Source: Escherichia coli (lineage in GTDB: Bacteria; Pseudomonadota; Gammaproteobacteria; Enterobacterales; Enterobacteriaceae). Taken from it: a stretch of DNA of 64,000 bases. Under the pieces are notes generated by a model, which was not told the DNA's origin, did no database searches, and saw only the letters and a list, made by a program, of their open reading frames with translations. The stretch lies in the NCBI RefSeq assembly GCF_016026235.1, contig NZ_CP065613.1. The stretch is one strand, 5' to 3'. The stretch's first letter is position 1, and every line of letters starts with the position of its first letter. Below are positions 36,284 through 49,125 of this stretch, one piece after another. A program made the position numbers and the translations under genes.

Positions 36284-38428
36284 ATGTCTAACGTGCAGGA
36301 GTGGCAACAGCTTGCCAACAAGGAATTGAGCCGTCGGGAGAAAACTGTCGACTCGCTGGTTCAGCAAACCGCGGAAGGGATCACCATCAAGCCGCTGTAT
36401 ACCGAAGCCGATCTCGATAATCTGGAGGTGACAGGTACCCTTCCTGGTTTGCCGCCCTACGTTCGTGGCCCGCGTGCCACTATGTATACCGCCCAACCGT
36501 GGACCATCCGTCAGTATGCTGGTTTTTCAACAGCAAAAGAGTCCAACGCTTTTTATCGCCGTAACCTGGCCGCCGGGCAAAAAGGTCTTTCCGTTGCGTT
36601 TGACCTTGCCACCCACCGAGGCTACGACTCCGATAACCCGCGCGTGGCGGGCGACGTCGGCAAAGCGGGCGTCGCTATCGACACCGTGGAAGATATGAAA
36701 GTCCTGTTCGACCAGATCCCGCTGGATAAAATGTCGGTTTCGATGACCATGAATGGCGCAGTGCTACCAGTACTGGCGTTTTATATCGTCGCCGCAGAAG
36801 AGCAAGGTGTTACACCTGATAAACTGACCGGCACCATTCAGAACGATATCCTCAAAGAGTACCTCTGCCGCAACACCTATATTTACCCGCCAAAACCGTC
36901 AATGCGCATTATCGCCGACATCATCGCCTGGTGTTCCGGCAACATGCCGCGATTTAATACCATCAGTATCAGCGGTTACCACATGGGTGAAGCGGGTGCC
37001 AACTGCGTGCAGCAGGTAGCATTTACGCTCGCTGATGGGATTGAGTACATCAAAGCAGCAATCTCTGCCGGACTGAAAATTGATGACTTCGCTCCTCGCC
37101 TGTCGTTCTTCTTCGGCATCGGCATGGATCTGTTTATGAACGTCGCCATGTTGCGTGCGGCACGTTATTTATGGAGCGAAGCGGTCAGTGGATTTGGCGC
37201 ACAGGACCCGAAATCACTGGCGCTGCGTACCCACTGCCAGACCTCAGGCTGGAGCCTGACTGAACAGGATCCGTATAACAACGTTATCCGCACCACCATT
37301 GAAGCGCTGGCTGCGACGCTGGGCGGTACTCAGTCACTGCATACCAACGCCTTTGACGAAGCGCTTGGTTTGCCTACCGATTTCTCAGCACGCATTGCCC
37401 GCAACACCCAGATCATCATCCAGGAAGAATCAGAACTCTGCCGCACCGTCGATCCACTGGCCGGATCCTATTACATTGAGTCGCTGACCGATCAAATCGT
37501 CAAACAAGCCAGAGCTATTATCCAACAGATCGACGAAGCCGGTGGCATGGCGAAAGCGATCGAAGCAGGTCTGCCAAAACGAATGATCGAAGAGGCCTCA
37601 GCGCGCGAACAGTCGCTGATCGACCAGGGCAAGCGTGTCATCGTTGGTGTCAACAAGTACAAACTGGATCACGAAGACGAAACCGATGTACTTGAGATCG
37701 ACAACGTGATGGTGCGTAACGAGCAAATTGCTTCGCTGGAACGCATTCGCGCCACCCGTGATGATGCCGCCGTAACCGCCGCGTTGAACGCCCTGACTCA
37801 CGCCGCACAGCATAACGAAAACCTGCTGGCTGCCGCTGTTAATGCCGCTCGCGTTCGCGCCACCCTGGGTGAAATTTCCGATGCGCTGGAAGTCGCTTTC
37901 GACCGTTATCTGGTGCCAAGCCAGTGTGTTACCGGCGTGATTGCGCAAAGCTATCATCAGTCTGAGAAATCGGCCTCCGAGTTCGATGCCATTGTTGCGC
38001 AAACGGAGCAGTTCCTTGCCGACAATGGTCGTCGCCCGCGCATTCTGATCGCTAAGATGGGCCAGGATGGACACGATCGCGGCGCGAAAGTGATCGCCAG
38101 CGCCTATTCCGATCTCGGTTTCGACGTAGATTTAAGCCCGATGTTCTCTACACCTGAAGAGATCGCCCGCCTGGCCGTAGAAAACGACGTTCACGTAGTG
38201 GGCGCATCCTCACTGGCTGCCGGTCATAAAACGCTGATCCCGGAACTGGTCGAAGCGCTGAAAAAATGGGGACGCGAAGATATCTGCGTGGTCGCGGGTG
38301 GCGTCATTCCGCCGCAGGATTACGCCTTCCTGCAAGAGCGCGGCGTGGCGGCGATTTATGGTCCAGGTACACCTATGCTCGACAGTGTGCGCGACGTACT
38401 GAATCTGATAAGCCAGCATCATGATTAA
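36284..38428 (+). CDS. scpA: Methylmalonyl-CoA mutase ScpA (Sbm), B12-dependent
   Basis: 714 aa from [20 protein letters not shown]... Confidence 0.93.
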   Translation: MSNVQEWQQLANKELSRREKTVDSLVQQTAEGITIKPLYTEADLDNLEVTGTLPGLPPYVRGPRATMYTAQPWTIRQYAGFSTAKESNAFYRRNLAAGQKGLSVAFDLATHRGYDSDNPRVAGDVGKAGVAIDTVEDMKVLFDQIPLDKMSVSMTMNGAVLPVLAFYIVAAEEQGVTPDKLTGTIQNDILKEYLCRNTYIYPPKPSMRIIADIIAWCSGNMPRFNTISISGYHMGEAGANCVQQVAFTLADGIEYIKAAISAGLKIDDFAPRLSFFFGIGMDLFMNVAMLRAARYLWSEAVSGFGAQDPKSLALRTHCQTSGWSLTEQDPYNNVIRTTIEALAATLGGTQSLHTNAFDEALGLPTDFSARIARNTQIIIQEESELCRTVDPLAGSYYIESLTDQIVKQARAIIQQIDEAGGMAKAIEAGLPKRMIEEASAREQSLIDQGKRVIVGVNKYKLDHEDETDVLEIDNVMVRNEQIASLERIRATRDDAAVTAALNALTHAAQHNENLLAAAVNAARVRATLGEISDALEVAFDRYLVPSQCVTGVIAQSYHQSEKSASEFDAIVAQTEQFLADNGRRPRILIAKMGQDGHDRGAKVIASAYSDLGFDVDLSPMFSTPEEIARLAVENDVHVVGASSLAAGHKTLIPELVEALKKWGREDICVVAGGVIPPQDYAFLQERGVAAIYGPGTPMLDSVRDVLNLISQHHD

Positions 38429-39416
38429 TGAAGCCACGCTGGCAGAAAGTATTCGCCGCTTACGTCAGGGTGAGCGTGCCACACTCGCCCAGGCCATGAC
38501 GCTGGTGGAAAGCCGTCACCCGCGTCATCAGGCACTAAGTACGCAGCTGCTTGATGCCATTATGCCGTACTGCGGTAACACCCTGCGACTGGGCGTTACC
38601 GGCACCCCCGGCGCGGGGAAAAGTACCTTTCTTGAGGCCTTTGGCATGTTGTTGATTCGAGAGGGATTAAAGGTCGCGGTTATTGCGGTCAATCCCAGCA
38701 GCCCGGTCACTGGCGGTAGCATTCTCGGGGATAAAACCCGCATGAATGACCTGGCGCGTGCCGAAGCGGCGTTTATTCGCCCGGTACCATCCTCCGGTCA
38801 TCTGGGCGGTGCCAGTCAGCGAGCGCGGGAATTAATGCTGTTATGCGAAGCAGCGGGTTATGACGTAGTGATTGTCGAAACGGTTGGCGTCGGGCAGTCG
38901 GAAACAGAAGTCGCCCGCATGGTGGACTGTTTTATCTCGTTGCAAATTGCCGGTGGCGGCGATGATCTGCAGGGCATTAAAAAAGGGCTGATGGAAGTGG
39001 CTGATCTGATCGTTATCAACAAAGACGATGGCGATAACCATACCAATGTCGCCATTGCCCGGCATATGTACGAGAGTGCCCTGCATATTCTGCGACGTAA
39101 ATACGACGAATGGCAGCCACGGGTTCTGACTTGTAGCGCACTGGAAAAACGTGGAATCGATGAGATCTGGCACGCCATCATCGACTTCAAAACCGCGCTA
39201 ACTGCCAGTGGTCGTTTACAACAAGTGCGGCAACAACAATCGGTGGAATGGCTGCGTAAGCAGACCGAAGAAGAAGTACTGAATCACCTGTTCGCGAATG
39301 AAGATTTCGATCGCTATTACCGCCAGACGCTTTTAGCGGTCAAAAACAATACGCTCTCACCGCGCACCGGCCTGCGGCAGCTCAGTGAATTTATCCAGAC
39401 GCAATATTTTGATTAA
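38421..39416 (+). CDS. argK: GTPase ArgK/MeaB (methylmalonyl-CoA mutase chaperone)
   Basis: 331 aa, P-loop GTPGAGKST. Confidence 0.92.
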   Translation: MINEATLAESIRRLRQGERATLAQAMTLVESRHPRHQALSTQLLDAIMPYCGNTLRLGVTGTPGAGKSTFLEAFGMLLIREGLKVAVIAVNPSSPVTGGSILGDKTRMNDLARAEAAFIRPVPSSGHLGGASQRARELMLLCEAAGYDVVIVETVGVGQSETEVARMVDCFISLQIAGGGDDLQGIKKGLMEVADLIVINKDDGDNHTNVAIARHMYESALHILRRKYDEWQPRVLTCSALEKRGIDEIWHAIIDFKTALTASGRLQQVRQQQSVEWLRKQTEEEVLNHLFANEDFDRYYRQTLLAVKNNTLSPRTGLRQLSEFIQTQYFD

Positions 39417-39426
39417 AGGAATTTTT

Positions 39427-40212
39427 ATGTCTTATCAGTATGTTAACGTTGTCACTATCAACAAAGTGGCGGTCATTGAGTTTAACTATGGCCGCAAACT
39501 TAATGCCTTAAGTAAAGTCTTTATTGATGATCTTATGCAGGCATTAAGCGATCTCAACCGGCCGGAAATTCGCTGTATCATTTTGCGCGCGCCGAGTGGA
39601 TCCAAAGTCTTCTCCGCAGGCCACGATATTCACGAACTGCCGTCTGGCGGTCGCGATCCGCTCTCCTATGATGATCCATTGCATCAAATCACCCGCATGA
39701 TCCAAAAATTCCCGAAACCGATCATTTCGATGGTGGAAGGTAGTGTTTGGGGTGGCGCATTTGAAATGATCATGAGTTCCGATCTGATTATCGCCGCCAG
39801 TACCTCAACCTTCTCAATGACGCCTGTAAACCTCGGCGTCCCGTATAACCTGGTCGGCATTCACAACCTGACCCGCGACGCGGGCTTCCACATTGTCAAA
39901 GAACTGATTTTTACCGCTTCGCCAATCACCGCCCAGCGCGCGTTGGCTGTCGGCATCCTCAACCATGTTGTGGAAGTGGAAGAACTGGAAGATTTCACCT
40001 TACAAATGGCGCACCACATCTCTGAGAAAGCGCCGTTAGCCATTGCTGTTATCAAAGAAGAGCTGCGTGTACTGGGCGAAGCGCACACCATGAACTCCGA
40101 TGAATTTGAACGTATTCAGGGGATGCGACGCGCGGTTTATGACAGCGAAGATTACCAGGAAGGAATGAACGCTTTCCTCGAAAAACGTAAACCTAATTTC
40201 GTTGGTCATTAA
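39427..40212 (+). CDS. scpB: Methylmalonyl-CoA decarboxylase ScpB (YgfG), crotonase fold
   Basis: 261 aa from MSYQYVNVVTINKVAVIEFNYGRKLNAL... Confidence 0.92.
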   Translation: MSYQYVNVVTINKVAVIEFNYGRKLNALSKVFIDDLMQALSDLNRPEIRCIILRAPSGSKVFSAGHDIHELPSGGRDPLSYDDPLHQITRMIQKFPKPIISMVEGSVWGGAFEMIMSSDLIIAASTSTFSMTPVNLGVPYNLVGIHNLTRDAGFHIVKELIFTASPITAQRALAVGILNHVVEVEELEDFTLQMAHHISEKAPLAIAVIKEELRVLGEAHTMNSDEFERIQGMRRAVYDSEDYQEGMNAFLEKRKPNFVGH

Positions 40213-40235
40213 TCCCTGCGAACGAAGGAGTAAAA

Positions 40236-41714
40236 ATGGAAACTCAGTGGACAAGGATGACCGCCGATGAAGCGGCAGAAATTATCCAGCATAACGACAT
40301 GGTGGCATTTAGCGGCTTTACCCCGGCGGGTTCGCCGAAAGCCCTACCCACCGCGATTGCCCGCAGAGCTAACGAACAGCATGAGGCCAAAAAGCCGTAT
40401 CAAATTCGCCTGCTGACGGGGGCGTCAATCAGCGCCGCCGCTGACGATGTACTTTCTGACGCCGATGCTGTTTCCTGGCGTGCGCCATATCAAACATCGT
40501 CCGGTTTACGTAAAAAGATCAATCAGGGCGCGGTGAGTTTCGTTGACCTGCATTTGAGCGAAGTGGCGCAAATGGTCAATTACGGTTTCTTCGGCGACAT
40601 TGATGTTGCCGTCATTGAAGCATCGGCACTGGCACCGGATGGTCGAGTCTGGTTAACCAGCGGGATCGGTAATGCGCCGACCTGGCTGCTGCGAGCGAAG
40701 AAAGTGATCATTGAACTTAATCACTATCACGATCCGCGCGTTGCAGAACTGGCAGATATTGTGATTCCTGGCGCGCCACCGCGGCGCAATAGCGTGTCGA
40801 TCTTCCATGCAATGGATCGCGTCGGTACCCGCTATGTGCAAATCGATCCGAAAAAGATTGTCGCCGTCGTGGAAACCAACTTGCCCGACGCCGGTAATAT
40901 GCTGGATAAGCAAAATCCCATGTGCCAGCAGATTGCCGATAACGTGGTCACGTTCTTATTGCAGGAAATGGCGCATGGGCGTATTCCGCCGGAATTTCTG
41001 CCGCTGCAAAGTGGCGTGGGCAATATCAATAATGCGGTAATGGCGCGTCTGGGGGAAAACCCGGAAATTCCTCCGTTCATGATGTATTCGGAAGTGCTAC
41101 AGGAATCGGTGGTGCATTTACTGGAAACCGGCAAAATCAGCGGGGCCAGCGCCTCCAGCCTGACAATCTCGGCCGATTCCCTGCGCAAGATTTACGACAA
41201 TATGGATTACTTTGCCAGCCGCATTGTGTTGCGTCCGCAGGAGATTTCCAATAACCCGGAAATCATCCGTCGTCTGGGCGTCATCGCTCTGAACGTCGGC
41301 CTGGAGTTTGATATTTACGGGCATGCCAACTCAACGCACGTAGCCGGGGTCGATCTGATGAACGGCATCGGCGGCAGCGGTGATTTTGAACGCAACGCGT
41401 ATCTGTCGATCTTTATGGCTCCGTCGATTGCTAAAGAAGGCAAGATCTCAACCGTCGTGCCAATGTGCAGCCATGTTGATCACAGCGAACACAGCGTCAA
41501 AGTGATCATCACCGAACAAGGGATCGCCGATCTGCGCGGTCTTTCCCCGCTTCAACGCGCCCGCACTATCATTGATAATTGTGCACATCCTATGTATCGG
41601 GATTATCTGCATCGCTATCTGGAAAATGCGCCCGGCGGACATATTCACCACGATCTTAGCCACGTCTTCGACTTACACCGTAATTTAATTGCAACCGGCT
41701 CGATGCTGGGTTAA
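40236..41714 (+). CDS. scpC: Propionyl-CoA:succinate CoA-transferase ScpC (YgfH)
   Basis: 492 aa. Confidence 0.92.
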   Translation: METQWTRMTADEAAEIIQHNDMVAFSGFTPAGSPKALPTAIARRANEQHEAKKPYQIRLLTGASISAAADDVLSDADAVSWRAPYQTSSGLRKKINQGAVSFVDLHLSEVAQMVNYGFFGDIDVAVIEASALAPDGRVWLTSGIGNAPTWLLRAKKVIIELNHYHDPRVAELADIVIPGAPPRRNSVSIFHAMDRVGTRYVQIDPKKIVAVVETNLPDAGNMLDKQNPMCQQIADNVVTFLLQEMAHGRIPPEFLPLQSGVGNINNAVMARLGENPEIPPFMMYSEVLQESVVHLLETGKISGASASSLTISADSLRKIYDNMDYFASRIVLRPQEISNNPEIIRRLGVIALNVGLEFDIYGHANSTHVAGVDLMNGIGGSGDFERNAYLSIFMAPSIAKEGKISTVVPMCSHVDHSEHSVKVIITEQGIADLRGLSPLQRARTIIDNCAHPMYRDYLHRYLENAPGGHIHHDLSHVFDLHRNLIATGSMLG

Positions 41715-42607
41715 TGGTTTGTCCCGTCACGATCTTCAGCAATATGCTGAAGCATCGTGGCGGTATAACGATGATTTCTGATTGAATAAAGATATTCCTG
41801 CATATACATCGGCCTGTGCGGCGCATCAAAATATTTCAGCGTTGCCGGATTCACCAGTCGCCAGGCAAAATGCGGGATCACCGTCAGAAAATGTCCGCGC
41901 TCCACGGCGCTGATTTTGGCCATAAAACTGTAGGGACGATAAATAATGGTGGGATTGATCCCACAAGGTCGCATATTCGCATCAATCATTGCTTCGAAGT
42001 TAGCCCGGTTTTGAAAGCGCATTTGTAGCCAGGGCAGCTCCTGAAGCAGCTCTTGCTCTTGACGCTCTTCATAACGGCGAGAAACGAGAAAGCCCAATCG
42101 CAGCGGTGGTAATTCACTGATAGTCAGGTTTTCCAGTTCCTGAACTCGTGCAGATACATGCTGTGGGGAGATAATAAAATCTAACTGACGGTCAAAAAGA
42201 TTATCGATAACGCCGTTTTCGCTGAACTCAACTGGCTGGGCGGTCACGCCTTCATACTTATCTCCGAGACTAATCAACTGATCGAAAATAATTGTCGGAT
42301 AAGTATTATCTATGCCAATCACAATTTCTCGTGAACGACGCCCTGAGTTATGGATTTCATTATCAATCGCAGAAAGTCGTTGATAAACCGGGAACAGTTT
42401 TTGATACAGTTCCTGACCGGCTTTATTGAGGCTGATATTATTATCTTTGCGGGTAAATAGCGTATAGCCAATTTGTTCTTCCAGCGCGGCAATGCTTTTA
42501 CCAAATGGCGAAGCCGTCATATGGATTTTTTCTGCCGCCCGGGCAATATTATTGGTTTGCGCTAATAAAATGAAATTGCGCATCTTTTTCGAAATAAAAA
42601 TGTCCAT
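41711..42607 (-). CDS. ygfI: LysR-family transcriptional regulator YgfI
   Basis: About 298 aa with N-terminal HTH; start uncertain (42607 or 42622). Confidence 0.85.
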   Translation of the reverse strand: MDIFISKKMRNFILLAQTNNIARAAEKIHMTASPFGKSIAALEEQIGYTLFTRKDNNISLNKAGQELYQKLFPVYQRLSAIDNEIHNSGRRSREIVIGIDNTYPTIIFDQLISLGDKYEGVTAQPVEFSENGVIDNLFDRQLDFIISPQHVSARVQELENLTISELPPLRLGFLVSRRYEERQEQELLQELPWLQMRFQNRANFEAMIDANMRPCGINPTIIYRPYSFMAKISAVERGHFLTVIPHFAWRLVNPATLKYFDAPHRPMYMQEYLYSIRNHRYTATMLQHIAEDRDGTNH

Positions 42608-42773
42608 CCCCCCTCCCCGCATCCTTGTCCGCTTAACCGTTTCAGTCAGCCTATCCTTGATGAAACCGCGAGCAAAGATAGGTGATTACGTCATGGTTTT
42701 ACAGAAAATTACAGAAAAAGGAGGCAATATCGGGTAAAGGCATTAGCCCGACGAATACGTCGGGCTACAAGTA

Positions 42774-43514
42774 TTATTGTGCTGCAGGTGTTTTAGCGGG
42801 TTGTTGATCCACAGGTTCTAACTGGAAGACCACATCGACCTGATCATCAAACTGAATAGCGGCCTGCTCGTAAGTTTCCTGGGCAGACACCGGCGCGGCA
42901 TCGGCTTTCATCATCCGCACCATTGGGCTGGGCTGATAGTTGGAAACATGGTAGCGCACGCTATATACCGGCCCCAGTTTACGATGAAAGCCGTTCGCCA
43001 GTTCCTGCGCCTGATGAATCGCGTTATCAATCGCTGCCTTACGCGCTTTGTCTTTATAGGCATCCGGCTGCGCCACGCCCAGCGACACAGAACGAATTTC
43101 GTTAAGACCCGCCTTCAGCGCGCCATCCAGCAAGGAATTCAGTTTGTCTAACTGACGGAGCGTGACTTCCACCGTTCTCACAGCGCGGTAGCCTTTCAGG
43201 ATACTTTTACCATCCTGATAATCATAATCTGGCTGGGTGCGTAAATTCGCTGAGCTGATATCTTTTTTCGCGATCTGATTGAGTTCAAGGAAGGAAATGT
43301 ATTGTGCGACGCGCTCATCTGCCTGTTTCTTGGCTGTAGCGGCATCCTTCGCGGCCACGTTAACTTCAATCGCAAGAGTGGCAATGTCTGGCACCGCATC
43401 CACACTTGCCGTACCGGAGGTGACAATATGCGGTCCATCCGGCAATTCGTTAGCCTGCGCTGCCATCCCGCTAATACCCATTAATGCCGCCAGGGCGATA
43501 ACTTTGAACTTCAC
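42774..43514 (-). CDS. yggE: Periplasmic DUF541 (SIMPL-like) protein YggE
   Basis: 246 aa, signal peptide. Confidence 0.9.
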   Translation of the reverse strand: MKFKVIALAALMGISGMAAQANELPDGPHIVTSGTASVDAVPDIATLAIEVNVAAKDAATAKKQADERVAQYISFLELNQIAKKDISSANLRTQPDYDYQDGKSILKGYRAVRTVEVTLRQLDKLNSLLDGALKAGLNEIRSVSLGVAQPDAYKDKARKAAIDNAIHQAQELANGFHRKLGPVYSVRYHVSNYQPSPMVRMMKADAAPVSAQETYEQAAIQFDDQVDVVFQLEPVDQQPAKTPAAQ

Positions 43515-43606
43515 GTTAGTCTCTCCGTGTTAATTGACTTGCCCAAAACTCAGGACCTCTGGAGGCAAGCTTAGCGCCTCTGTTTTATTTTTCCATCAGA
43601 TAGCGC

Positions 43607-44242
43607 CTAACTGAACAAGGCTTGTGCATGAGCAATACCGTCTCTCGCCAGCTGCAAGGCTATAAACCACATGACACATCCCACTACCAGATTGATAATG
43701 CGCTGTGATTTTGCCGTGCGCAGGCGCGGTGCCAGCCAGGCTGCGAGAATAGCCAGACCAAAGAACCACAGGAAAGAGGCGCTAATTGTCCCGAGCGCAA
43801 ACCAACGTTTTGGTTCGACGTCAAGCTGCCCGCCAAGGCTGCCCAGTACAACAAAAGTATCCAGGTAAACATGCGGATTCAGCCAGGTCACTGCCAACAT
43901 GGTGGCGATAATTTTCCATCTGCCTTGCTTCAGGACTTCGGCACTAGCTAACTCAATATTACTACTCATCGCTGTTTTAAAAGCGCCAAAACCATACCAG
44001 AGCAAGAAGACTACGCCGCCCCAGGTGACCAGCGCCAGCAACCACGGCGACTGCATCAATAACGCGCTACCACCAAAAATCCCCGCGCAAATCAGGACCA
44101 AATCGCTGATAGCGCAAAGTAAGGCAATCATAATGTGGTACTGACGACGAATGCCCTGATTCATCACAAAAGCATTTTGTGGGCCGAGCGGCAGAATCAT
44201 AGCTGCCCCAAGAGCAAGACCTTGAAAGTAATAAGAAAACAC
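43607..44242 (-). CDS. argO: Arginine exporter ArgO (LysE family)
   Basis: 211 aa, 6 TM helices. Confidence 0.92.
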   Translation of the reverse strand: MFSYYFQGLALGAAMILPLGPQNAFVMNQGIRRQYHIMIALLCAISDLVLICAGIFGGSALLMQSPWLLALVTWGGVVFLLWYGFGAFKTAMSSNIELASAEVLKQGRWKIIATMLAVTWLNPHVYLDTFVVLGSLGGQLDVEPKRWFALGTISASFLWFFGLAILAAWLAPRLRTAKSQRIINLVVGCVMWFIALQLARDGIAHAQALFS

Positions 44243-44380
44243 GTTGGATATTCCGAATTAAGTATCTGATGCAGAGACTATATCGCGGGATTGTTATTAG
44301 CGGAAATTGATAATATTAATTGGCAATCAGAATAACTAATAAGAGAGAGGCCAGAGAGTATTATCTGGCCTCAGCGTTGA

Positions 44381-45241
<861 letters not shown>

Positions 45242-45387
45242 TCAATATTCCTTTTCAACTGACTCAAAATGGAGAAATACACTCCGCCGCCTTATGACGG
45301 GCAGTCTGACAAGGGTAAACAATAAAGCATAATTTTGCCAAATAGATCACAGATTTCTCATCTGAATCACCTTGCTTTTGGCGAAAA

Positions 45388-45406
45388 AATCCCCGCAGAG
45401 CGGGGC
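45388..45406 (-). terminator. Hairpin plus T-run on the minus strand upstream of mscS
   Basis: CCCCGCTCTGCGGGG followed by TTTTTTCGCC. Confidence 0.5.
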
Positions 45407-45436
45407 TCAGACAGATATCAATGTGCGCTTTGTCAT

Positions 45437-45535
45437 GCCGGATGCGGCGTGAACGCCTTATCCGGCCTACAAAAACCTGCAAATTCAATATATTGCAGGA
45501 TACGTGTAGGCCTGATAAGCGTAGCGCATCAGGCA
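45437..45535. repeat. BIME: two REP units flanking a central palindrome
   Basis: GCCGGATGCGGCGTGAACGCCTTATCCGGCCTAC ... CCTGCAAATTCAATATATTGCAGG ... GTAGGCCTGATAAGCGTAGCGCATCAGGCA. Confidence 0.8.
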
Positions 45536-45554
45536 ATTTTGCTTTTGGCGAAAA

Positions 45555-45575
45555 AAAGACCCGCAGAGCGGGCCT
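45555..45575 (-). terminator. Rho-independent terminator of fbaA
   Basis: GGCCCGCTCTGCGGGTC followed by TTTTTTT on the minus strand, just after the fbaA stop. Confidence 0.75.
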
Positions 45576-45598
45576 TGAGATAAGCAGAAAGGAATATC

Positions 45599-46678
45599 TT
45601 ACAGAACGTCGATCGCGTTCAGTTCCTGGAATGCTTTTTCCAGACGAGCGATCATCGAAGTCTGACCGGCACGCAGCCATACGCGCGGATCGTAGTATTT
45701 CTTGTTCGGCTGATCTTCGCCTTTCGGGTTACCCAGCTGACCCTGCAGATAAGCTTCGTTCGCTTTGTAGTAGTTCAGAACGCCTTCCCAGGTTGCCCAT
45801 TGGGTATCGGTATCGATGTTCATTTTTACTACGCCGTAGCTTACGGAGTCTTTGATTTCCTGAGCAGTAGAACCGGAACCACCGTGGAATACGAAGTTCA
45901 GGCTGTTGTGCGGCAGGTTGTGTTTCTTGGAAACATATTCCTGAGAATCACGCAGGATGGTCGGAGTCAGAACCACGTTACCCGGCTTGTAAACACCGTG
46001 TACGTTACCGAAGGACGCTGCGATGGTGAAACGCGGGCTGATTTTGCTCAGTTCGGTGTATGCGTAATCAACGTCTTCCGGCTGGGTGTACAGTGCAGAA
46101 GCGTCCATGTGGCTGTTGTCCACGCCGTCTTCTTCACCACCGGTGCAACCCAGTTCGATTTCCAGAGTCATGCCGATTTTGGACATACGCTCCAGGTATT
46201 TAGAGCAGATTTCGATGTTCTCTTGCAGAGATTCTTCAGACAGGTCGATCATGTGAGAAGAGAACAGCGGCTTACCGGTAGCTGCGAAGTGTTTTTCACC
46301 CGCGTCCAGCAGACCGTCGATCCACGGCAGCAGTTTCTTCGCGCAGTGGTCAGTGTGCAGGATAACCGGAACACCATAATGTTCAGCCATCTGGTGAACG
46401 TGATGCGCACCAGAGATCGCGCCCAGGATAGCAGCACCCTGCGGAACGTCAGATTTCACGCCTTTACCAGCGATAAAGGAAGCACCACCGTTGGAGAACT
46501 GAACGATAACCGGCGCTTTAACTTTAGCAGCAGTTTCCAGTACGGCGTTGATGGAGTCAGTACCGACGCAGTTTACTGCTGGCAGTGCGAAGTTGTTTTC
46601 TTTTGCTACCTGGAAAACTTTCTGTACGTCATCACCAGTGATTACGCCAGGTTTTACGAAATCAAAAATCTTAGACAT
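45599..46678 (-). CDS. fbaA: Fructose-bisphosphate aldolase class II
   Basis: 359 aa from MSKIFDFVKPGVITGDDVQKVFQ... Confidence 0.95.
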   Translation of the reverse strand: MSKIFDFVKPGVITGDDVQKVFQVAKENNFALPAVNCVGTDSINAVLETAAKVKAPVIVQFSNGGASFIAGKGVKSDVPQGAAILGAISGAHHVHQMAEHYGVPVILHTDHCAKKLLPWIDGLLDAGEKHFAATGKPLFSSHMIDLSEESLQENIEICSKYLERMSKIGMTLEIELGCTGGEEDGVDNSHMDASALYTQPEDVDYAYTELSKISPRFTIAASFGNVHGVYKPGNVVLTPTILRDSQEYVSKKHNLPHNSLNFVFHGGSGSTAQEIKDSVSYGVVKMNIDTDTQWATWEGVLNYYKANEAYLQGQLGNPKGEDQPNKKYYDPRVWLRAGQTSMIARLEKAFQELNAIDVL

Positions 46679-46892
46679 GTCTCTTGTCCTGTATCGTCGG
46701 GCCTTATACTCATCATACTTCAAGTTGCATGTGCTGCGTCTGCGTTCGCTCACCCCAGTCACTTACTTATGTAAGCTCCTGGGGATTCACTCTCTTGTCG
46801 CCTTCCTGCAACTCGAATTATTTAGAGTATGAAAAAATGCGTGCTCTGAAAGCGCGCTGAAACAAGGGCAGGTTTCCCTGCCCTGTGATTTT

Positions 46893-48056
46893 TTACTTCT
46901 TAGCGCGCTCTTCGAGCATCGCTACTGCAGGCAGTACTTTACCTTCCACGAATTCGAGGAATGCGCCGCCGCCAGTGGAGATGTAGGAGATTTTGTCAGC
47001 AATGCCGAACAGGTCGATTGCTGCCAGAGTGTCGCCGCCGCCAGCGATGGAGAACGCTTCGCTGTCTGCGATAGCGTTAGCCACGATTTCAGTACCTTTG
47101 CGGAAGTTCGGGAATTCGAACACGCCAACCGGACCGTTCCACAGAATGGTTTTCGCATTCTTCAGGATTTCAGCCAGTTCCTGAGCGGAAGCATCACCGA
47201 TATCCAGGATCTGCTCGTCAGCTTTCACATCGTTAACAGATTTCAGGGTAGCCGGTGCAGTTTCAGAGAACTCGGTTGCTACGCGAACATCAGACGGAAC
47301 CGGGATGTTGCAGGTGGTCAGCAGACGTTTAGCTTCGTCAACCAGGTCAGCTTCGTACAGGGATTTACCCACATCGTGGCCTTGTGCCGCGATAAAGGTG
47401 TTAGCGATACCACCACCAACAATCAGCTGGTCAGCGATTTTAGACAGGGAGTCCAAAACGGTCAGTTTGGTAGATACTTTAGAACCACCAACGATAGCCA
47501 CCATCGGGCGAGCAGGTTCTTTCAGTGCTTTACCCAGCGCGTCCAGTTCAGCTGCCAGCAGCGGGCCTGCGCACGCAACATCAGCGAATTTACCGATACC
47601 GTGAGTAGAAGCCTGCGCGCGGTGAGCAGTACCGAATGCGTCCATTACGAACACGTCACACAGTGCAGCGTATTTTTTGGACAGGGTTTCGTCGTCTTTC
47701 TTCTCGCCTTTGTTGAAGCGAACGTTTTCCAGAACAACCAGTTCACCTTCAGCAACGTCAACGCCGTCGAGGTAATCTTTAACCAGACGAACCGGGTTAG
47801 ACAGTTTGTCTTTCAGGTAGTTAACAACCGGCAGCAGAGAGAATTCTTCGTTGTACTCGCCTTCGGTAGGACGACCCAGGTGGGAAGTTACCATCACTTT
47901 TGCGCCTTGTTTCAGGGCCAGTTCGATGGTCGGCAGAGAAGCACGGATACGCGCGTCGCTGGTTACTTTCCCGTCTTTTACTGGTACGTTCAGATCCGCA
48001 CGGATAAATACACGTTTCCCAGCAAGATCCAGATCGGTCATCTTAATTACAGACAT
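46893..48056 (-). CDS. pgk: Phosphoglycerate kinase
   Basis: 387 aa from [25 protein letters not shown]... Confidence 0.95.
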
Positions 48057-48105
48057 GGTGAATCCTCTCGTTGATTCTAAAAGTTTTGCAGACGCTGCTT
48101 GCGTC

Positions 48106-49125
48106 TTACCTGAAAGCAACAGTAGCCATAGCTAACGTCGTGTCGAGCATTCGGTTAGCAAAGCCCCATTCGTTATCGCACCAGACCAACGTTTTGATCA
48201 GGTGTGCGCCACTGACCCGGGTTTGGGTGCCATCGACAATGGCACTGTGCGGATCGTGGTTAAAATCTACAGAGACCAACGGCAATTCCGTATAGTCAAC
48301 TATACCATGAAATGCACCTTGTGCTGCTTTTTGCAGCAACAGGTTGACTTCATTGGCTTTTACAGGTTTCTTCACCGTCACGCTTAAATCGATTGCCGTC
48401 ACATTTATGGTTGGCACACGTACCGCAATCGCTTCAAAGCGATCGTTAAATTGCGGAAAAAATCGTGTGATACCGGCGGCCAGTTTAGTATCGACCGGAA
48501 TGATCGACTGGCTGGCTGCCCGAGTGCGACGCAGGTCAGGATGGTATGCATCAATAACCTGTTGATCGTGCATGGCGGAGTGAATTGTGGTCACTGTGCC
48601 GGACTCAATACCGTACGCATCATCTAACAATTTGATGACGGGAATTATGCAATTCGTGGTACAGGAAGCGTTAGAAACGATGCGGTGTTCCGCACGAAGT
48701 TGATCCTGATTGACGCCGTAAACAACGGTCGCGTCGAGATCGTTACTGCCAGGATGTGAAAAGAGCACTTTTTTGGCCCCAGCGGCAATATGCGCTTCGC
48801 CATGCTCGCGGGAGCCATATACGCCGGTGCAGTCGAGGACTACATCAACGCCAAGTTCACGCCAGGGGAGCGATTGCAGTGAACGTTCATGCAATACGCG
48901 GATGGCGTCATCACCAACAAAAAGTTGATCGCGTTCCTGTCGTACTTCCCATGCAAAACGGCCATGGCTGGTGTCATATTTCAACAAATGCGCCATGCCC
49001 GCAGCATCCGCCAGTTCGTTGATTGCCACCACGGTAATTTCCGCCCGGCGTCCGGATTCATACAAAGCACGAACCACATTACGCCCGATGCGACCGAAGC
49101 CATTTATCGCTACGCGTACGGTCAT
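48106..49125 (-). CDS. epd: D-erythrose-4-phosphate dehydrogenase
   Basis: 339 aa from [21 protein letters not shown]... Confidence 0.95.

Noticed and set aside
45800-48074. 324-aa and 232-aa plus-strand ORFs
   Set aside because: Antisense to fbaA and pgk respectively.
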